This document shows positions 16,234 to 20,000 of a stretch of DNA of 20,000 nt, piece after piece (the first letter of the stretch is position 1; each line of letters opens with the position of its first letter). This DNA comes from an uncultured virus (IMG/VR IMGVR_UViG_3300013105_000023) (Duplodnaviria; Heunggongvirae; Uroviricota; Caudoviricetes): IMG/VR virus record IMGVR_UViG_3300013105_000023; one strand, given 5' to 3'. The notes under the pieces were generated by a model. The model worked only from the letters and a program-made list of their open reading frames with translations. It had not been told where the DNA came from and did no database searches. A program made the position numbers and the translations under genes.

Positions 16234-16510
16234 AGGAAATTCCTCTTTTATAACTCACGACCGCGAGGGCCGGATTAGTAACAGTCGGACTGCATTTGCC
16301 CGACCGAGCATGGCGGAAGTGAGAGTATACCGCATCTCCAAAGGCAGAAACTACCAGAATCGTCTCAGGATCCACCTTAACTTCAACGGTGTCTTCCTTG
16401 ACCAAATGGGATTTCGGCATTGGGTAAGGCTTTTTGATGCGGAAATAAATCTTTGCCGCATGTCGGATGCACAGTTTGTCATCCATTTCCGAGAGTTCTA
16501 CAGGACGCAT
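16223..16510 (-). CDS. Hypothetical protein, 95 aa
   Basis: ATG abuts the upstream stop (16511-16513) and the end overlaps the next start, tiling the operon. Confidence 0.65.
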   Translation of the reverse strand: MRPVELSEMDDKLCIRHAAKIYFRIKKPYPMPKSHLVKEDTVEVKVDPETILVVSAFGDAVYSHFRHARSGKCSPTVTNPALAVVSYKRGISYAV

Positions 16511-16807
16511 TTAGATACCACGCGGGGTCTGAGGCACCATGGCACGCTCGACGAGTTCACGCAGTTCAGCCATCGTGTCTTCACAGGAACGCCCGCGGCT
16601 GAACACGATGATCTCATCAGGTTCACCATCTTCTGTCACAGCACCGTAGTCGGCATATACCGTTGTGCCAAGGCCGGGGTTATCTTCCATGGAGATCTTA
16701 ACGCTGCGGGTTTTAAAGAAGTTGGCATCGTCATCGTTTATGTTCTTGACGGTGATTTCTTCCTGGCGGCCATTTGGACGCAGGAATACAGTTGCTTGAA
16801 TAGGCAT
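16511..16807 (-). CDS. Hypothetical protein, 98 aa, acidic
   Basis: GGAG SD upstream of ATG 16807. Tiles the operon after nrdA. Confidence 0.75.
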   Translation of the reverse strand: MPIQATVFLRPNGRQEEITVKNINDDDANFFKTRSVKISMEDNPGLGTTVYADYGAVTEDGEPDEIIVFSRGRSCEDTMAELRELVERAMVPQTPRGI

Positions 16808-16816
16808 GGTGACTCC

Positions 16817-16843
16817 AAAGAGAAAGGGTCCCGAAGGACCCTT
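16817..16843 (-). terminator. Intrinsic terminator with UUCG tetraloop after nrdA
   Basis: Minus strand AAGGGTCC-TTCG-GGACCCTT (16843-16824) followed by TCTCTTT, 5 nt after the nrdA stop. Confidence 0.8.
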
Positions 16844-16848
16844 GAGGA

Positions 16849-19149
16849 TTAAATCTTGCAGGCGCCGCTTTCGCAGCCATCATCGGCCTCTTCCACTACC
16901 TCGAGTTCTGGCAGCGGTTTGTCCGCGTAGGCTTTGTCATCGGAACCGTCACGGGTGTTGTGATAGTACCAGGTTTTGACACCGAGCTTGTAACCGTAGA
17001 TCAGGTCTTTCAGCACTTGCTTGGCCGGGACCTTGCCTTCCGGGAACTTCGTGGGGTCGTAGTTGGTGTTCGCCGAGATCGTCTGGTCGACGAACTTCTG
17101 CATGATTGCCACCTTCTGGATGTAGCCGACGTTGTCTGGCATCATCCACGTGGTTTCGTACGCGTGGCGAAGTTCCGTCACACCGGGAACCACTTGGCGG
17201 AAGGAACCATCTTTCGACTGCTTCACGGACACCAGACCACGTGGCGGCTCAATACCGTTGGTGGCGTTGGAGATCTGAGAAGAGGTCTCGCTTGGCATCA
17301 GAGCCGACAGCGTAGAGTTACGCATGCCGTACTTCAGGATGTCAGCACGCAGACCTTCCCAATCGCAATGCAGAGTGGCGTCCACGACGGTGTCGACGTC
17401 CTTCTTGTACGTGTCGATCGGCAGGATACCTTTCGAGTACGTCGTTTCGTGGAAGCCCGGGCACGCACCGTCTTCTTTGGCCACGTTAACCGAGGCACGC
17501 ATCAGATGGTACTGCAGCTGTTCGAACAGACGGTGGGTCTCAGTGTTGGAGACACCGGTGTCGGAGTACTTCAGGCCTTTCTTCGCCATCCAATACGCAT
17601 AGTTGATCACGCCTACACCCAGGGTGCGACGGTAATCGGAACCTTGCTTAGCAGACAGAACCGGATAGTCCTGGTAATCCAGCAGTTCGTTCAGGCCACG
17701 GACCAGCAGATCTGCCGCAACCGGAATCTCTTCTTCGGTCAGCACGCCCAGGTTGAACGCCGCCAGGGTACACAGGGCGATCTCACCGGAACCGTCATTC
17801 ACGTATTCCATCGGTTTGGTTGGCAGAGCGATTTCCAGGCACAGGTTGGACTGGCGGATCGGTGCGACCTTCGGATCGAACGGTGAGTGCGTGTTGCAGT
17901 GGTCAACGTTCTGGATGTAGATACGACCGGTGGATGCACGTTCAGAAGCCAGCAGGCCAAACAGTTCAGTCGCAGAGTACGTCTGGCGACGGATGTTCGG
18001 GTCCGCTTCATAGAGCTCATACAGGCGGGCGAACTCTTTCTGATCGGCGTAGAACGCATCCAGCAGGCCCGGGACGTCAGCCGGCGAAAAGCAAGAGATC
18101 TTGCCATTCGACAGTAAACGCTGGTACATAAAACCGTTCAGCTGAATGGCGTAATCCAGGTGGCGTTCACGGTTAGCTTCGGTACCGCGGTTGTTCTTCA
18201 GGACCAGCAGATCCATGATCTCGTAGTGCCACCCGGCGTAGAACAGCGTTGCTGCACCACCACGGACGCCACCCTGAGAACAGGACTTGACGGCAGCCTT
18301 GAAGAGCTTGATGAACGGGATCAGACCGGTGTGATTGGCTTCACCGTTACGGATCTTCGAGCCGAGCGCACGGATACGAGCAATGTCCAGACCGATACCG
18401 GCACGTTGGGAGACGTACTTCACGATCGCTGAAGAAGCCGCGTTGATGGAGTCCAACGAGTCACCGGCAGAGATCAGCACGCAGGAAGAGAACTGACGGG
18501 TCGGCGTACGCATGCCGGCCATGATCGGTGTCGGCAGGGAGATCTTGAAGGTTGACAGGTAGTCATAGAACTTCAGGACGTAGTCCATACGGGTTTCTTT
18601 CGGGTAACGAGAGAACAGACACGCAGAGATCATCATGTTGGCCATCTGCGGGCTCTCGTGCAGGGTGCCATCGACACGGTCCTGAACCAGGTATTTACCC
18701 TCGAGCTGTTTCACTGCAGCGTGAGCATACAGGAAGTCACGCTCGTGATCGATCGCTTCACTCATGACGTCCAGCTCGTAATCGCCGTAATCCTTCAGGA
18801 TTTGCTCGTCGTACAGGCCTTTCGACACCATGTGTTTTACAAACAGTGGGAAGTGCATCGGTTCAAACTGACCGAACACTTCTTTGCGGATACCAAACAT
18901 CGCGGCACGGGCAGCCATGATCGCGTAGTCTGGTTCATCGACGGTGATCAGGTCGGCAATCGCTTTAACAACGGCACGGTGCAGGTCTTTGGTGGTAACA
19001 CCCTCGACCACGTGCAGCTTAACGGTGAGCTCGACCTGAGAGGTGGAGACGTTTAAGTTCTCCCCTGCCCAAGTAATAACGCGACCAATCTTCTCCCAAG
19101 TGAAGGGTTCTTTGGTGCCATCGCGTTTAATTACCTTGATATCTTGCAT
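16849..19149 (-). CDS. nrdA: Ribonucleotide reductase class Ia alpha subunit
   Basis: ATP cone VIKRDG, PTRQFSSCVLI, SCSQGGVRGG, QSNLCLEI, IALCTL, MPSETSSQISNATNGIEP, TWYY, C-terminal CESGACKI. Uninterrupted reading frame. Confidence 0.98.
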   Translation of the reverse strand: MQDIKVIKRDGTKEPFTWEKIGRVITWAGENLNVSTSQVELTVKLHVVEGVTTKDLHRAVVKAIADLITVDEPDYAIMAARAAMFGIRKEVFGQFEPMHFPLFVKHMVSKGLYDEQILKDYGDYELDVMSEAIDHERDFLYAHAAVKQLEGKYLVQDRVDGTLHESPQMANMMISACLFSRYPKETRMDYVLKFYDYLSTFKISLPTPIMAGMRTPTRQFSSCVLISAGDSLDSINAASSAIVKYVSQRAGIGLDIARIRALGSKIRNGEANHTGLIPFIKLFKAAVKSCSQGGVRGGAATLFYAGWHYEIMDLLVLKNNRGTEANRERHLDYAIQLNGFMYQRLLSNGKISCFSPADVPGLLDAFYADQKEFARLYELYEADPNIRRQTYSATELFGLLASERASTGRIYIQNVDHCNTHSPFDPKVAPIRQSNLCLEIALPTKPMEYVNDGSGEIALCTLAAFNLGVLTEEEIPVAADLLVRGLNELLDYQDYPVLSAKQGSDYRRTLGVGVINYAYWMAKKGLKYSDTGVSNTETHRLFEQLQYHLMRASVNVAKEDGACPGFHETTYSKGILPIDTYKKDVDTVVDATLHCDWEGLRADILKYGMRNSTLSALMPSETSSQISNATNGIEPPRGLVSVKQSKDGSFRQVVPGVTELRHAYETTWMMPDNVGYIQKVAIMQKFVDQTISANTNYDPTKFPEGKVPAKQVLKDLIYGYKLGVKTWYYHNTRDGSDDKAYADKPLPELEVVEEADDGCESGACKI

Positions 19150-19729
19150 TGATTTCTCCCATAATCTTAATCAAGTAGTCCGGGGTGATCGGACCGGTAA
19201 AGAAGTCGCCCCGGGCGATCTTGCTAAAAGCAAACAGGAACATGCCTTCAGCCATCTCCGGGGACCAGCCATAGATAGGAAGGCCGTCTGGATTGTGAGC
19301 CCAGCCCTCCCCTTTAGAATGCAGTAACTGCGTTGCCTCGACTTGGCACATCATGCTGTCGACGCGTTTAACTTCGGGGTAAACCGAGTGAACCCACTCA
19401 GGATCTAACTGGAATGCACGGTAGACACGATTCTGAACCTGCTCTTCGATCTTCGCGTAGTCCGGGAGGAACGGTTTGAATGGCGCCGGGATGTCCTGAA
19501 TGAACGCTTCCGAGCCGTCGTGAACCAAACCGATCATCTGCAGTTCTGGTGGGAGCTGGGCTGCCACGTGAACCGAGTGTTCTGCCACGGAGTACGGGAA
19601 GTTGGTGTGGCCGTTGAAACGGTTAACCATGGAAAGAGCATGAGCAATGTTCTCGACAGTCAAGCCTTCGAGGTCATCGGATACTAAAGAAAAGTATTGA
19701 CCGTTGTAGGTCTCAATCATACCGGACAT
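19127..19729 (-). CDS. HD-domain phosphohydrolase (YfdR/YfbR-like 5'-deoxynucleotidase family)
   Basis: IAHALSMVNRFNGH...YSVAEHS...GLVHDGSEAFIQDIPAPFK...VKRVD. AGGAG SD. Overlaps the nrdA start by 23 nt. Confidence 0.9.
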   Translation of the reverse strand: MSGMIETYNGQYFSLVSDDLEGLTVENIAHALSMVNRFNGHTNFPYSVAEHSVHVAAQLPPELQMIGLVHDGSEAFIQDIPAPFKPFLPDYAKIEEQVQNRVYRAFQLDPEWVHSVYPEVKRVDSMMCQVEATQLLHSKGEGWAHNPDGLPIYGWSPEMAEGMFLFAFSKIARGDFFTGPITPDYLIKIMGEINARYQGN

Positions 19730-20000
19730 AGGTGATCTCCTGTGTGTCTATGTTAGTTATACCTGTGGATAAAGCATTATTGAGAATTGTACCACAGTGT
19801 TACACAGACGTTCCAGGGATTTGGTTGAGATGTAGACGAAAAAAGAGATTGATACGTTTGAACGGAAATTACGTGGAAACCCACACCGCCCTATAGCTTT
19901 CTTACCCAAGCATACTGACTCTCTATATATCTTTAAAAAAGCCTTAGTAAGTAGTTTATAGTATAGGGGAACAGTTACACTATAAAGGGTGTCAAAAGTG
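19730..20000. other. AT-rich non-coding regulatory region containing one perfect DnaA box
   Basis: No ORF in the track and visibly AT-richer than the genes. TTATCCACA on the minus strand at 19764-19772. Confidence 0.5.
19753..19763 (-). promoter_or_regulatory. Candidate phage promoter motif GGTATAACTAA
   Basis: 23 nt before ATG 19729 at the head of the HD-nrdA operon. Matches the 13858-13868 copy at 10 of 11 positions. Confidence 0.55.

Noticed and set aside
15697..16852. + strand ORFs of 193, 144 and 180 aa
   Set aside because: The minus-strand ORFs tile with abutting or overlapping ends and mostly have SD sites; the + ORFs cross gene boundaries or the terminator, or lie wholly antisense to a real gene.
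16960..19056. Several + strand ORFs (up to 308 aa) antisense to nrdA
   Set aside because: Shadow frames of a highly biased, clearly real gene.
16849..19149. Intein or group I intron in nrdA (or in nrdB)
   Set aside because: Both frames are continuous and of near-normal length, with no splicing or homing-endonuclease motifs.
1..20000. tRNA, rRNA, CRISPR array, integrase or transposase
   Set aside because: None recognised; nearly all sequence is explained by protein-coding genes.

Overview
A 20 kb segment of a contractile-tailed dsDNA phage, probably infecting a gammaproteobacterium (inferred from the E. coli-type class Ia nrdAB). It has two convergent arms. The + arm (1-11739) is a tightly overlapping tail/baseplate operon: hub protein, gp25-like wedge, baseplate-J-like, large wedge, fibre-attachment protein and a holin-like gene. 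The - arm (11685-19729) is a nucleotide-metabolism cluster: HD hydrolase, nrdA, MazG-like pyrophosphatase, nrdB, dNMP kinase and several unknowns, followed by an AT-rich non-coding end. The most unusual observation is transcription machinery inside the baseplate operon. There is a stand-alone 226-aa protein matching the bridge-helix end and Zn site 2 of RNA polymerase beta-prime but lacking a recognisable trigger loop, and a sigma70-family factor with a degenerate core-binding region 2.2. A conserved GGTATAAnTAA motif lies exactly 23 nt upstream of two minus-strand genes and may be a phage-specific promoter. The hub protein carries two peptidoglycan hydrolases: an inserted GH24 lysozyme and a C-terminal M15 peptidase. 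All family calls are by-eye motif recognition; no searches were run.
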